NCBI GenBank assembly: GCA_951406725.2 | Contig: OX597832.1 | Coordinates: 52,576,001 to 52,640,000 of the forward strand | Length of the DNA stretch: 64,000 bases | Source: Octopus vulgaris | Lineage: Eukaryota | Direction: 5' to 3' | In this document: one piece after another, positions 41,086 to 54,573 of the stretch | Position numbering within the stretch: the first letter of the stretch is position 1 | Layout: every line of letters starts with the position of its first letter | Made by a program: the position numbers and the translations under genes | Notes under the pieces: generated by a model | What the model was told of the DNA's origin: nothing | Databases searched by the model: none | What the model saw: the letters and a program-made list of their open reading frames with translations, nothing else

Positions 41086-41664
41086 TGTGTGTGTGTGTGT
41101 GCGTGTTTTAAGTAATCATGTCCACAGTGGCCAGTAACAACCGACAACAACATTTACTCGGACTTTTCAACCGATTTCGCCGCAAACTCAAAGTATGTCA
41201 ATCACACGTGCTTTTAGAAATATTTGGGACAAAATGGGCTGAGCTGACCTTAACTGCTATACTTCACACTGACTACCTGTCTACGCTATTATGTGACATA
41301 CCTGTATAAAATGCCTCATTAACATAAACACAAAGAGGGGTGAAGATATGCTTTTATAAAATAAGGATAATAAACCAAAGCCACAAATTATTAATATTTG
41401 ACTGTGACAAGCCTAGTGTATATAATATATTACTAAATCCGACAAGTCAGTTGTACCTGACTTTCATATTCGTATACAAGCTGAGTGCAATTTCCTTTCT
41501 TTCATGTGTGTTGCTATTCCATTGTCTAGGCCATAATTTTCCCATGAATACTATGCATCTATTGTGTGTATTGTTTATGGCCAGAGACTTTTGAGGGGAA
41601 GCTAAATGCTTGTTTATTATTAGATATGTTTCACTTTTAAATTTGGGAACATTTAAAAAAATTA

Positions 41665-42073
41665 GGTATAGGAGTAGCTGTGTGGTAAGTAGCTTGCTTA
41701 CAAACCACATGGTTCGGGGTTCAGCACCCACTGCATGGCACCTTGGGCAAGTGTCTTCTACTATAGCCTCGGGTCGACCAAAGCCTTGTGAGTGGATTTG
41801 GTAGATGGAAACTGAAAGAAGCCCATTGTATATATGCCAGTGGTGAGCTGGCAGAAATGTTAGCACGCTGGGCGAAATGCTTAGTGGTATTTTGTCTGTC
41901 GTTACATTCTGAGTTCAAGTTCCGCCAAGGTCGACTTTGCCTTTCATCCTTTCGGGGTCAATAAAGTACCAGTTTCGAACTGGGGTCGATGTAATCGACT
42001 TACTCCCTTTGTCTGTCCTTGTTTGTCCCCTCTATGTTTAGCCCCTTGTGGGCAGTAAAGAAATATATATGTT

Positions 42074-42110
<37 letters not shown>

Positions 42111-42549
42111 ATGTGTGTGTGTATATGTTTGTGTGTCTGTGTTTGTGCCCCCAGCATCACTTGACAACCAATGCTGGTGTGTTTACATCCCCGCAACTTA
42201 GTGGTTCGCCATAAGAGACCCGCTAGAATAAGTACTAGGCTTACAAAGAATAAGTCCTGGAGTCGATTTGCTCGACTAAAGGCGGTGCTCCAGCATGGCC
42301 ACAGTAAAAGAGTATTCAGTTCTGGTTTTGGTTGATGTTAATGATTTTTTTGTCTCTGATTTTTGTTATGTGTGTGTGTGTGTGTGTGTTTACATCTCCG
42401 TAACTTAGCAGTTCAGCAAAAGTCACCGATAGAATAAGAACTAGGCTTAAAAAATAAGTCCCGAGGTAAATTTATTCAACTAAAACTCTTCAAGGAGGTG
42501 CTCCAGCATAGCCACAGTCAACTGACTGAAACAAGTAAATGATAAAAGG

Positions 42550-42582
<33 letters not shown>

Positions 42583-42800
42583 ATATGTTTCTGTGTGTAT
42601 GTTTGTCCCCCCAACAACACTTGACAACCGATGCTGGTGTGTTTATGTCCCTGTAACTTAGCGGTTCAGCAAAAGAGACTGATAGAATAAGTACTAGGCT
42701 TACAAAGAATAAATCCTGGGGTCGATTTGCTCGACTAAAGGCAGTGCTTCAGCATGGCCACAGTCAAATGACTGAAACAAATAAAAAGAGTAAAAGAATA
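41665..42800 (+). mobile_element. SINE cluster: family A with family B nested (41839-42063), plus two further family A tails
   Basis: Consensus matches. Confidence 0.8.
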
Positions 42801-42808
42801 TATACATA

Positions 42809-43274
42809 CTAGCAAAAAGTCCGCCCTCCAGACGGTTTTCTACTAGCCACTTGATAATATTTTTGCATTTGATTCTCAATTCTAATAATTTTTATGATAT
42901 TTTACATTGAATCATTTCTTTGTATAATAGTGCTCACTTGCTTAGTAAATATTGCTTTCATTATTTTATCAGTCATAATCTCCCTTTTTTAAACAAACAT
43001 CAAGGTAGTCCAACTATGTTTAGTGTGCAAAAAGGTCATCTTTAGTTTTGACTTGCGTAAATGTCAGTGTTGTTTGTTAATTTCCATAAAAATTTATTTA
43101 TTTACTTTTGTCTTCAAGTGAAAGAGAGGAGAAAGTGAAAGAGGTATGTACATGCATATAAAATGGATGTGTGAGAGAGAGGGGGGGGAGTGAAAGGGTG
43201 TGTTGTCATGTATATGTACATACATAAATATATATGCATACATCTTTTTTGCATGTACATGTGCTTGTGTGTGT

Positions 43275-43308
<34 letters not shown>

Positions 43309-43471
43309 TGTCTAAATGTCACTCTCTCTCTCTCTCTTTTCTCTCTCTCTCTCTCTCATACACACATGCACATATACATACAAAAAAGATGTATGTATAT
43401 TTATTTATGTTTGTATGTATACATGACAACACACCTTTTCACTCACTCTCTCTCTCTCTCTCTCTCTCACT

Positions 43472-43505
<34 letters not shown>

Positions 43506-44329
43506 TCCATTTCATATACATGTATGTACATTTTCACTTTAAAATGAAAGTAAATAAATAAAACAATTTTTATGGAAATTAACAATGACATTTATGCAAG
43601 TCAAAATGAAAGGAAGTTCAGAAAATAAATTTTCCTGAAAACTTCAATTTATAAAAAAATCTGACTTGCTTAGTAAATATTTCTTTCAAATTTAAACAAA
43701 CTATGTCTAGCATACTAGAAATAGCAGCGATCGCATAGTTATTATTGTAAGGCTTATAGCATTTCAAACAGCCATACCAACAAAATCATTTTCTAATATT
43801 TTTTTTTTATATAATTATTCCAGGATATTAAAAATTTTCATTTTATCAAAAATATTCATTTAACAAACTCCAGAAACATATTATTCTTGAAATTGTGCCT
43901 CGTATCAAAGTTATACAACTATTTCGTCTAATAGTATTCATTCATTCAGTAAATGATTTTTTTTACATTACATATATAGAATAAACAGTGGGTTTTGCAA
44001 ATAGTGAATTAAAACTTGAAATGAAAACATTGAAATGAATATATATTAAATTATGATTAATAAAAACAGAGACAAGAGAGAGAGTGAGAGAATTTTGCAA
44101 ATGAAAACAGAAAATTTCGCCTGCAACGAATTAATGCAATGAATATTTAAATTTGTGTAAAACTTGTAGTTCAATTATTCAATAAACTTCAGAAATTGAA
44201 ATAACAGGAAATTTCTTGGAATATAAATTTATAAGAAAATTTCCAGACAGTCAAACCTTTGATAATTGCTTTCTTTTAGTAACTGTTACATACCTAATTA
44301 ATAAGCAGCTTTCTCCATTATAATATAGA
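42809..44329 (-). mobile_element. Helitron-like element containing a long internal palindrome
   Basis: The minus strand begins TCTATATTATAATGGAGAAAG (44329) and ends with hairpin CCGTCTGGAGGGCGG then CTAG (42809). Confidence 0.55.
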
Positions 44330-45062
44330 TAGATAGATAGATAGATCTCATGGAGATGATGACAAGTGACTGAGATGATTGGTGATATGCCATGCTTGCG
44401 GAGAATCAACAAGCCAAGTGAGATTGTAGTTGTGGCTTTTATAAAATATGCTTTTATAAAATACCGATAATAAACCAAAGCCACAAATTATTAATATTTA
44501 GTGTATATAATATATTACTAAATCAGACAAGTCAGTTGTACCTGACTTTCATATTCATATACAAACTTAGTGCAATTTCCTTTCTTTCATGTGTGTTGCT
44601 ATTCCATTGTTTAGGCCATAATTTTCCCATGAATACTATGCATCTATTGTGTGTATTGTTTATGGCCAGAGACTTTTGAGGGGAAGCTAAATGCTTGTTT
44701 ATTATTAGATATGTTTCACTTTTAATTTATGTAATTTATGTAATTTATTTAATTTATGGCTCCCATGCCAGTGGCACGTAAAAAGCACTCATTAAGCTCT
44801 TAGAGTGGTTGGTGTTAGAAAGGGCATCCAGCCATTGAAACCAGACCAAATCAGATTGGAACCTGATGCAGTTCTTTGGTTTACCAGTTTCAGTCGAACT
44901 GTCTAACCCATGCCAGCATGGAAAGCAGATGCTAAATGATGATATATTTATGTGTGTGTGTGTGTGTGTGTGCATATCATCATCATCGTTTAACATCCTC
45001 CTTCCATGTTGGAATGGGTTGGATGGTTTTTGTATCCCTATGTAAATTCTAAAGATAACTTT

Positions 45063-45462
45063 TTATTTCTTATTTCTTTATTGCCCTAAACATAGAGGGG
45101 TCAAACGGATTAAATCGATTATATCGACCCCAGTGTGTAACTGGTACTTAATTTATCAACCCGAAAGGATGAAGGGCAAAGTCGACCTCAGCGGAATTTG
45201 AACTCAGAACGTAGTGGCAGACGAAATACCTATTTCTTTACTACCCACAAGGGGGCTAAACACTAAGAGAACAAACAAGGACAGACAAACGGATTAAATC
45301 GATTATATCGACCCCAGTGCATAACTGGTACTAAATTTATCAACCTGAAAGGATGAAAGGCAAAGTCAACCTCGGCGGAATTTGAACTCAGAACATAATG
45401 GCAGACGAAATACTGCTAAGCATTTTGCCCAGCGTGCTAACTATTCTGCCAGCTTGCTGCCT
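45063..45462 (-). mobile_element. Family B SINE dimer
   Basis: Two bodies joined at GACGAAATAC|CTATTTCTTTAC. Confidence 0.82.
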
Positions 45463-46059
45463 TAGTATATCTTTTTATTTCTATGAGACCTTTTAACATG
45501 TAGTTTTATTAACACCCAACCAGTGCTTGATAGATAGTTCATATAGAAACTGTAAGCAGGCAGCGTGTTTTAATTATGTGGAGCATTGGAGATAAATTAT
45601 TGGTGGAGTACTAAGTACAGTGTTTTGAAGGTGAGACATAGCTGCAATGACATGGGGGGAAGGAAGGCAGGTAAATCTGTTGGGTGTGGCTGAAACGATA
45701 CACAACTTGCTAGTTCAGAGGAGCAGGAACCATTATTATGTTGATAAAAGAAACAGAAGGAAGGCAGAATGTTTTTGAAACATAGCTGTGATAACGTCTA
45801 AAATAGAAGACTTATCTTTATTGCTTAAATTCCAGGCAATTTTTCTTGATTACACTCGATATGTAAGCATAACTATAAACATACATTTCTTGTGTACGAT
45901 CTCACCGAATCCAGAAAAATCTTGTTAGAGTTGTACATATGATAATACATGACCTATGAGGTAATTCACTATTAATTTTTATCATATGGACTTTATATTT
46001 ACCAGTGGGCATGAGTGTGAAATTCTTACATTCTTAAATAAAGTCAAAAGCCCATCACG

Positions 46060-46109
<50 letters not shown>

Positions 46110-46559
46110 TATATATATGTATGTATATGTATGTATATGTGTATATACGTATATGTATATATATATATGTATATGTATATTTCAGAAGTTCAAAATTTTA
46201 TGTTTTGATTTTGCAATCATCACCTCTCCTTGTTCCATAACTGCTTGCACGGGTTCCTTTCTTTAATGTAAGGACCTTTTGTACCAAAGCTCTTCTCCAC
46301 CTGACATTATTGAATATTGCATCCTGTAAATACAGACTTTCGACTTCGGTTAAAATCTCTCAGACTTTGCTCTGTCTGGAAGAGGAAGTTCTTGCAGCTT
46401 AGAGGTATATAGCATAGAAGACAATTGGAAGATTTGGAAGAAAAGCTAGGGACAAGTCTGTTTAGCAAGGAATAAAAAGTTATGCCAATATTTTACAGAC
46501 TGGGGACCCAAAATAGGAAGTATTCTGGTTTTCAGATATTAGGAGATAATAGTTTACTC

Positions 46560-46750
46560 AAGGTGGCACGTAAAAAACACCCACTACACTCGCGGAGTGG
46601 TTGGCGTTAGGAAGGGCATCCAGCCGTAGAAACACTGCCAGATCTGACTGGGCCTGACGAAGCCTTCCAGCTTCACAGACCCCAGTTGACCCGTCCAACC
46701 CATGCTAGTATGGAAAGCGGACGCTAAATGATGATGATGATGATGATGAT
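46560..46750 (+). mobile_element. Family C SINE 3' part
   Basis: GGCGTTAGGAAGGGCATCCAGCCGTAGAAA...CCATGCTAGTATGGAAAGCGGACGCTAAA(TGA)n. Confidence 0.78.
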
Positions 46751-46783
46751 ATGTATATATATATATATGTATATATATATATG

Positions 46784-46828
<45 letters not shown>

Positions 46829-46843
46829 GTATATATATATATG

Positions 46844-46898
<55 letters not shown>

Positions 46899-47277
46899 GT
46901 GTATATATGTATATATAAAAGTAAAAGATAAAAGATATGGTCCTAGTTTCTTGGCAAAAATCATCGGTGGTGATGGTGGTGGTGGCAGCGACGGCAGAAA
47001 TAATTCCTCTACCTATTTATTAGACTCTCTGGTTATTGTCTAATCAAGGCAATAAAAACAACACTACACACACACCCACTGCCCCTCAGTCTCTGTGGTT
47101 CTTTTAAATGGTTGAATCTGTGCAAGCCACCCTTGAAAGCAAAAGCATTTTTTTCTCTACCTACCAAAAATAGCTTAGCAAGGGACATGTCTTCACAGTC
47201 CTCAGACAGCTAAACACCAAGCATTGTGTATTTTGCAATAAGTTATACGTATGTATGCTTCATATATATATATATAT

Positions 47278-47505
47278 GTGGCCGTTGCCAGCCTCCCCTG
47301 GCACCTGTGCCAGTGGTACATAAAAAGCACCCACTACACACACGGAGTGGTTGGCATTAGGAAGGGCATCCAGCTGTAGAAACACTGCCAGATCAGATTG
47401 GTGTCTGGTGCAGCCTCCTGGCTTCCCTGACCCCGGTCGAACTGTCCAACCCATGCTAGCATGGAAAACGGACATTAAACGATGATGATGATGATGATGA
47501 TGATG
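47278..47505 (+). mobile_element. Family C SINE 3' part
   Basis: Same consensus, (GAT)n tail. Confidence 0.78.
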
Positions 47506-47974
47506 ATATATATATATAATGTCTATGTGTATGTATGCAGACATGGCTGTGTGGTTAAGAGTTTGCTTCCTTGCCAAGAGGTTTTATGTTCAATCCCACC
47601 ACATGGCACTTTTGCCAAGTGTTTTCGACTAAAGCCACGTGAGTGCACTTAGTAAGCAGGAACTGAAAGATGCCTATTGTGTGTGTGTGTGTGTGTGTGC
47701 GTGTTTGTGTGTGTCTTTTTCTTGCTATTACGCAATAATTATAAAGGAGTGCTACCATCGTGCAATCACTGTTATTCATGTCCAATCTTCTGCAGAAACC
47801 TGTTTGGTCGTGGGAAAATATTACGTTGCTGGGAAACATAGGAATTAGCAACAGAAAGGGTATCTAACTCTACAAATCGGTCTCAGGGAATTTTATGTGA
47901 GCCTTAGAAATATAGAAAAGTGAACATTAGAACAATGAGGATATATAAAACAATAATACATAAATGTACATATA

Positions 47975-48200
47975 TTTACATACATACATACATACATTAC
48001 ATACATACATGCGTGCATACATAATACATCCATACATACATGCGTGCATACATACATACATACATGCATGCATTCATAATACATACATACATGCGTGCAT
48101 ACATACATTACATACATACATGTGTGCATACATAATACATCCATACATACATGCGTACATACATACATTACATAGATGTGTACATACATACATACATGTT
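47975..48200 (+). repeat. (CATA)n-based minisatellite with recurring CATGCGTGCATAC
   Basis: Directly visible higher-order repeat. Confidence 0.8.
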
Positions 48201-49164
48201 TATGTGTTTGTATCATCTTGTGTTTCATTGAATGTAGGCTATTGCGGCAAGTGAATTTTAAGGTTTCTGGGAGGAACTAAAATTGTGCTTGAAGGATTTT
48301 GCATGAAAAAATTGACTATCTTCAGTTCTTCTCATTCAATTTCTTCCACCTGGTGTTGTAAATTCTGTCAAGTGGGTCTAAAAGATAGTCTTTCAAGTTT
48401 GTCATCTTGTTAGCGTTTCTGTATTTGTTGACAATTTCTCTCTTTTTATCTGGTTTCCTTTTGTAATTGTGTTTATTCTTAGGTCCAGATTGTGGCTATT
48501 TCTGTCCGGAATTACTTTTTGGGATATAATTCCTGTTCCTTTATATAATGTTGGAATAGAGAGTGAGAGATTCCAATGATGCTACCGGGACATGCACGCA
48601 TGAATGATTTTGGCACATGTACTTGCACACTGACAATAATTAACCGTGTGTAGACATGTCTGCATGCCATTAGTGTTTTTGTGTCTGCATGTGCCAAGCA
48701 TGTTGATTACTTTCCCTGATGATATAACATGCACACCTTACAGCAGGTTTCTGTAAAGATTCAATATCTTTCTAACAACAAAGAACTTGTAAATATTTCA
48801 ACTGAGTTACCAATGACTGAGATCAAATACAATTGGAATGGTCTGTATCTCAGTATGGAGACAACTGATTGAAAATGTCTAATTGACTTTCATCTTTAAT
48901 TTATTTCTTCTATCTAACAAAAGACAGGTGTTGAAGGTTTCTAAAAGGCTTGCTATATTATCTAAATATCCTGGAATTAATCACTTAGAAAACCGTTTAA
49001 TATACTTTGTCCCTACAGCTCATTAATATCTGAAATTAATATTATTTTCATATCCAATTTTATTTACTCCATAGAAATTTTGATGCGAGAGGTTCTTTTC
49101 CTCATTAAATCCCATATTTAAAATACCAAACAAATGTGTTTATTTCTGTGTTCTTTCTTTACAG

Positions 49165-49395
49165 GTGGTCCACAAAACCAGATTGTCCCAGTATCAAGTG
49201 TAACACATGATTTCGCGTATCTAATTGAGAAAAACAAACATCTTGAACTGCAAGTGTCCAATCTTCTGCAAGAATTAGAAGATCTTCGTACGATAAAGCA
49301 TGTTCCACATGTCCATCAAGCAGGCTATGGAGAATTAAAACTAGATGTTATCCAAAAGTCACAGGATTTAATCAGAGCTAAGGATGCCTTACAAA
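49165..49395 (+). CDS. KAZN: Kazrin homologue exon 3
   Basis: TTCTTTCTTTACAG acceptor, GTAAGA donor, phase 1-1. Ends ELKLDVIQKSQDLIRAKDALQ, like kazrin ELRVQLAQKEQELARAKEALQ. Confidence 0.9.
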
Positions 49396-49484
49396 GTAAG
49401 ATTTTGTCAAACGAAAACTATTTCATTAAAAGCAGCACAATGCAAAGTATTTTCATCTCTGCTTTACAATTTCATATACACACA

Positions 49485-49523
<39 letters not shown>

Positions 49524-49524
<1 letters not shown>

Positions 49525-49917
49525 GGTGCAGGAGTGGATGTATGGTAAGTAGCTTGCTTACCAACTACATGGTTCCAGGTTCAGTCCTACTGTATGGCAC
49601 CTTGGCAAGTGTCTTCTACTATAGCCTTGGGCCGACCAAAGTGGATCTGGTAGACGGAAACTGAAATAAGACCATCGAATACGTATATGTGTGTGTGTGT
49701 ATATGTTTGTGTGTCTGTGTTTGTCCCCCATCATCACTTGATAACTGATGTTGGTGTATTTATGTCTCCATAACTTAGCAGTTCGGCAAAAGAGAGTGAT
49801 AGAATAAGTACTAGGCTTACAAAAAATAAGTCCTGGGGTCAATTTGTTCTACTAAAGGTGGTGCTCCAGCATGGCTGCAGTCAAATGACTGAAACAAATA
49901 AGAGAATAAAAGAATAA
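49524..49917 (+). mobile_element. Family A SINE downstream of exon 3
   Basis: Full-length match. Confidence 0.85.
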
Positions 49918-49927
49918 GTATGTGTAT

Positions 49928-49972
<45 letters not shown>

Positions 49973-51458
49973 ACTGGTTTCAAATTTTGGCACAAGGCCA
50001 GCAAGTTTGTGGGAGTGGGTTAGTCAATTACATCAACCCCAGTCCTCAACTGGTACCTATTTATTCAACCCTGAAAGGATGAAAGGCAAAGTGGCCCTTT
50101 GTGGTATTTGAACTCTGAATATAAATGCAGATGAAATGTTACTAAGCATGCTAACGATTCTGCCAGCTCACCACCAATATTTTTACATAACACTAAAAAT
50201 TAAACCAAGTTAAAAATCAAAAAGTGGGGTGGAATAGGATTTTGGAAAACCTGTTTTTTTGTTGTTGGTGATGGGGTTTTTTTTTTTGTGACATAATCAT
50301 AATTTCTGCTGAATGTAAACATAGAAATCCAAAAAGGATGTTGGAAGGAAAAGAAAAAAGAAATTACGTATAAGGTGACTCAGCACCACATCTGCCAAAT
50401 TATGTGAAAGATATTTAGAACAACCTAATCTTAAAATATGAAATGTGGTGCCAATGGCTATAAGGAAATCTAGCAGTGTCACTGACTGCTAAAAGAAAAT
50501 CATCATAATCATCATCATCATCATTTAATGTCTTCCTTCCATGCTGGAATGGGTTGGACAGTTTGACAGGAGGTGGCAAGTCAGAAGACTGCAACCAAGC
50601 TCTGTTGTCTGATTTGGCATGGTTTCTATGGCCGGATGTCCTTCCAAACATTAACCACTTGACAGAGTATACAAAGGTGCTCTTTGCATGGCAACATCAA
50701 GTTGATATTTGTTCTTGAAACTGCATTGGATTAAAATAATAGTTACATCTGCGATGTATATACAAAATGTAGAATGATGCTAACAGTAATATTTTGTCTT
50801 AGAGAAACATCTCTTTAGAGACTTGGTGTGTTGAAAACACAGCTAACTCAGAATGACATCAGCAGATCATCAGACACTAGTGTTTTGGCTTGATTTAATC
50901 TCCTCAGTGACAAACACCTCTCATGATTCTGAACCAAGTCATCTCTTTTGTTCCAATGTAGAAATCAGCAAACAAAACATTCACCAATTTGTGCAGAAGC
51001 TGACCAGACTCAAAGAGAGATTGTTTTATTCCCTTTAATAAGTAGTTATTTGAATTCAGTATTATTTTTCTAAGCTTGAGATAATATGCTTTCAGTATAT
51101 TCTGCAGATTAACATTACTTTGAAACTGCATTCTTAGAACTATTTCTTAGCTACACACATTAAAATGTTTTCCCCTTCAGTCTCCTTATTTAAATTAATT
51201 TAATTACATAAGTTAGTTTTTCTACTTTGACTATATGCCCTACTACTCTTTTTCCTTGTTCTTCCCCAGCTATTGTATGGGTTTGAATTAAGGAATCCAC
51301 TTCTATTATGTTATGTAATATCTTATAATATCTAAAACTATTATATTTGCATTTGGTTTGCAAGAATCTTGTTGTGAACTCATGTATTGAAACAGAATTT
51401 GTTGTACCTTGGGGGTCATTGCCAGTAACAATTGAACACACTGGTTCTATTTCACGTC

Positions 51459-51460
<2 letters not shown>

Positions 51461-51527
<67 letters not shown>

Positions 51528-51555
51528 TATTATTATATTATTACTATTATTATTA

Positions 51556-51591
<36 letters not shown>

Positions 51592-51598
51592 CATTATT
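51461..51598. repeat. (TTA)n microsatellite
   Basis: Directly visible. Confidence 0.95.
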
Positions 51599-52011
51599 AG
51601 TCAATGTATTGACATTTAACCAATTAATTAATTGATTGTTTGATTAATTGTTCATTCAATCATCAAACTATCATCGCCATTAATGACCTCATTAAACACA
51701 TGCCCTTTCTGCTCCAGATCTGCTTCAGGTCTTTTCACCTGTCTTTATAAAAGCTAAAACTATTAACTGGAAGATTGTTGGGTTTTTTTAGTAGTGGTAT
51801 ATGGGAATGCTGAAATAATTATTCTGCTTGTTAAATTGTTTTATTATTTTGAGATCATTACTGATCTGTACCTATTAATTAATAGGTACCTATTCACTAT
51901 CAATAACATTCTATTCAATAGATGTGATGGTTATGTCTTGTTCAATATTACTTTTAAATAAATTATTTGGTGTCCGTTGTTATTTCTAATAAATTTTTTC
52001 TTGAATTTTAG

Positions 52012-52172
52012 CCCTTAAAGCAGATCGAAAACGCTTAAAAGCTGAGAAGCTAGAACTTCTAAATCAGATTAAAAAATTATACAGTACTTTAGAAGAAAAG
52101 GAAAATGAATTACGAGACTTTCTTCGAAATTATGAACAACAGATAGCTGAAAATGATGAAAACATGAGACAG
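52012..52172 (+). CDS. KAZN: Kazrin homologue exon 4
   Basis: TTTTAG acceptor, CAG|GTAAGA donor, phase 1-0. Encodes LKADRKRLKAEKLELLNQIKKLYSTLEEKENELRDFLRNYEQQ, like kazrin MKADRKRLKGEKTDLVSQMQQLYATLESREEQLRDFIRNYEQH. Not in the ORF track. Confidence 0.95.
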
Positions 52173-52470
52173 GTAAGATTTTGCAGCCAATTTAGAACCT
52201 TTTTAACTTGCGTTACATAAAATCTGCAAATTTTGTAGACCATAGATAATTAAAACATAAAACTAAGACAAAAACAGTTGATATAAAACAATTTTTGTTT
52301 TGGAACAGTGGATGCTGAAGCAAATAATGCTATAAATAACAGCATGTGAATATTGGATTTAAACTTAAATTTTGGCTCAAGGTCAGTAATGTCAGGGGAA
52401 GGGGTAGGTTAGTTACATCGACCCCAGTGCTCAAGTGGTATTTATTTTAACCCTTTTCATTCCCTACATA

Positions 52471-52850
52471 GGCGTAGGAGTGGCTGTGTGGCAAGTAGCT
52501 TGCTTACGAACCACATGGTTCCGGGTTCAGTCCCACTGCGTGACACCTTGGGCAGGTGTCTTCTACTATAGCCTCGGGCCAAACAAAGCCTTGTGAGTGA
52601 ATTTGGTAGACGGAAGCTGAAATAAGCCCGTCGTATATGTGTGTGTGTTTGTGTGTGTGTCTGTTTGTCTCCCCCAACATCACTTGACAACCGATGCTGG
52701 TGTGTTTACGTCCCTGTAACTTAGCTGTTCGGCAAAAAGAGACCAATAGAATAAGTACTAGGCTTACAAAGAATAAGTCCTGGGGTCGATTTGCTCGACT
52801 AAAGGCGGTGCTCCAGCATGGCTGCAGTCAAATGACTAAAACAAGTAAAA
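52471..52850 (+). mobile_element. Family A SINE inserted into a - strand family B copy (52365-52970)
   Basis: Consensus matches on both sides of the insertion. Confidence 0.8.
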
Positions 52851-53289
52851 TGAGAGAAAAAAAAAGAAAAGGATCAAAGACAAAGTTAACCTCAGCAGAA
52901 TTTGAACTCAGAGCATAGGGACAGACAAAATGCCACTATGGATGCCTAATGATTCTGCCAGCTTACCCTCTTAAGTAGCATGTAAATATTGTTCTAGAAG
53001 ACTCTATTGGATAGAGAAAGGCAAATGTTAAGCCTCCTAGACTTTGACTTTTTCTATCCAAAAGGTGTTTTTCAGCCCAGTATTTACATACTGTTATTTA
53101 TAGCATTATCTGCTTCAAGAGCCACTGTTCCAAGAAAAGAATTACTTCATGTTTTGTCAACATTTATGAATTCTTATGAAGTCAAGGTATGATTACTTTT
53201 TTTTAACATTTGATCATTATATATGTTGAAATAAATGAATAATTACGATAAATTTATATTTCAACATATTATATATCTTTTAATTTTAG

Positions 53290-53436
53290 TTGACTTCAGA
53301 AAAAGAACATGTTGAATGTGAGAAGTGGGAGATCATTAAACGGGCCCGAGAAGCTGCAGAAAGATGTGTGATGCTTCAATCAAGACTTGATTCAAAGGAA
53401 CAAATAATCAATCAGATGAAACAAGATTTACTTCAA
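53290..53436 (+). CDS. KAZN: Kazrin homologue exon 5
   Basis: TTTTAG acceptor, CAA|GTAAGT donor, phase 0-0, 49 codons. Encodes LTSEKEHVECEKWEIIKRAREAAERCVMLQSRLDSKE, like kazrin LAKEKDLLEREKWELRRQAKEATDHATALRSQLDLKD. Not in the ORF track. Confidence 0.93.
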
Positions 53437-53629
53437 GTAAGTTCAAATCCTGCCAAATCTTGTTGAGGTCCATTTTGCTTTCGTGTCTTTTTTTGGTGGG
53501 GGGGGGGTCGATATATAAAGTAACAGTTCAGTTCAGAGATTGGATCAATTCCTTTCTCTTTCAAAGAAATCTGACTTGGAAACAGCTGGAATCCACCAAG
53601 ATTAAAATGGCCAAGACATGTGTCATTAT

Positions 53630-53859
53630 TATTTCTTTATTGCCCACAAGGGGGCTAAACACAGAGGGGACAAACAAGGACAGACAAACGGATTAAGTCG
53701 ATTACATCGACCCCAGTGCGTAACTGGTACTTATTTAATCGACCCCCGAAAGGATGAAAGGCAAAGTCGACCTCGGCGGAATTTGAACTCGGAACGTAAC
53801 GACAGACGAAATACGGCTACGCATTTCGCCCGGCGTGCTAACGTTTCTGCCAGCTCGCC
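53630..53859 (-). mobile_element. Family B SINE monomer
   Basis: Near-consensus full-length copy. Confidence 0.85.
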
Positions 53860-54068
53860 GCTGGCATATTGTGTCATTATGTCACACATAGACCCTTCAA
53901 GGCCTCTGTTAGAAGTCGAGGACCTCTGTACATGTGTGTGTGTATGATAAACAGTGATGATGCTAATGTGTATGTGTGTACACACACATACACATATGTG
54001 CTATCCTGCACCCTCAGTCACAACTAGTGGCTATTGAATTTTTCCTTTTTGGTTTTATATTGCATATA

Positions 54069-54322
54069 GGCTCAGGAGTGGCTGTGTGGTAGTTAGCTTG
54101 CTTACCAACCACATGGTTCTGGGTTCAGTCCCAGTGCGTGGCACCTTGTGCAAGTATCTTCTACTATAACCTCGGGTCGACCAAAGCCTTGTGAGTGGAT
54201 TTGGTGGACGGAAACTGAAAGAAAACCATCGTATATATGTATGTATATGTGTGTGGTGGGTGGGGACAAACATTGACACACAAATAAATAAATATATATA
54301 TATATATATATACACACACATT

Positions 54323-54358
<36 letters not shown>

Positions 54359-54517
54359 CACACATCCTGGTTTCTTTTAGGTTCTGTCTATCAAATCCAC
54401 TCACATAGCTTTGGTCAGCCCAAGGCTATAGTAGAAGACACTTGCCCGAGGTGCACACAATGGGACTGAACCCGGAATCACATGTTTGGTAAACAAGCTA
54501 CTTACCACACAGCCACT

Positions 54518-54519
<2 letters not shown>
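54069..54519. mobile_element. Inverted pair of family A SINE heads
   Basis: + head at 54069-54232, - head at 54370-54519. Confidence 0.82.

Positions 54520-54573
<54 letters not shown>

Noticed and set aside
49396-49664. 3' extensions of ORF-track frames past exons 2, 3, 6 and 7
   Set aside because: Read-through past clear GT donors into intron, microsatellite or SINE sequence.
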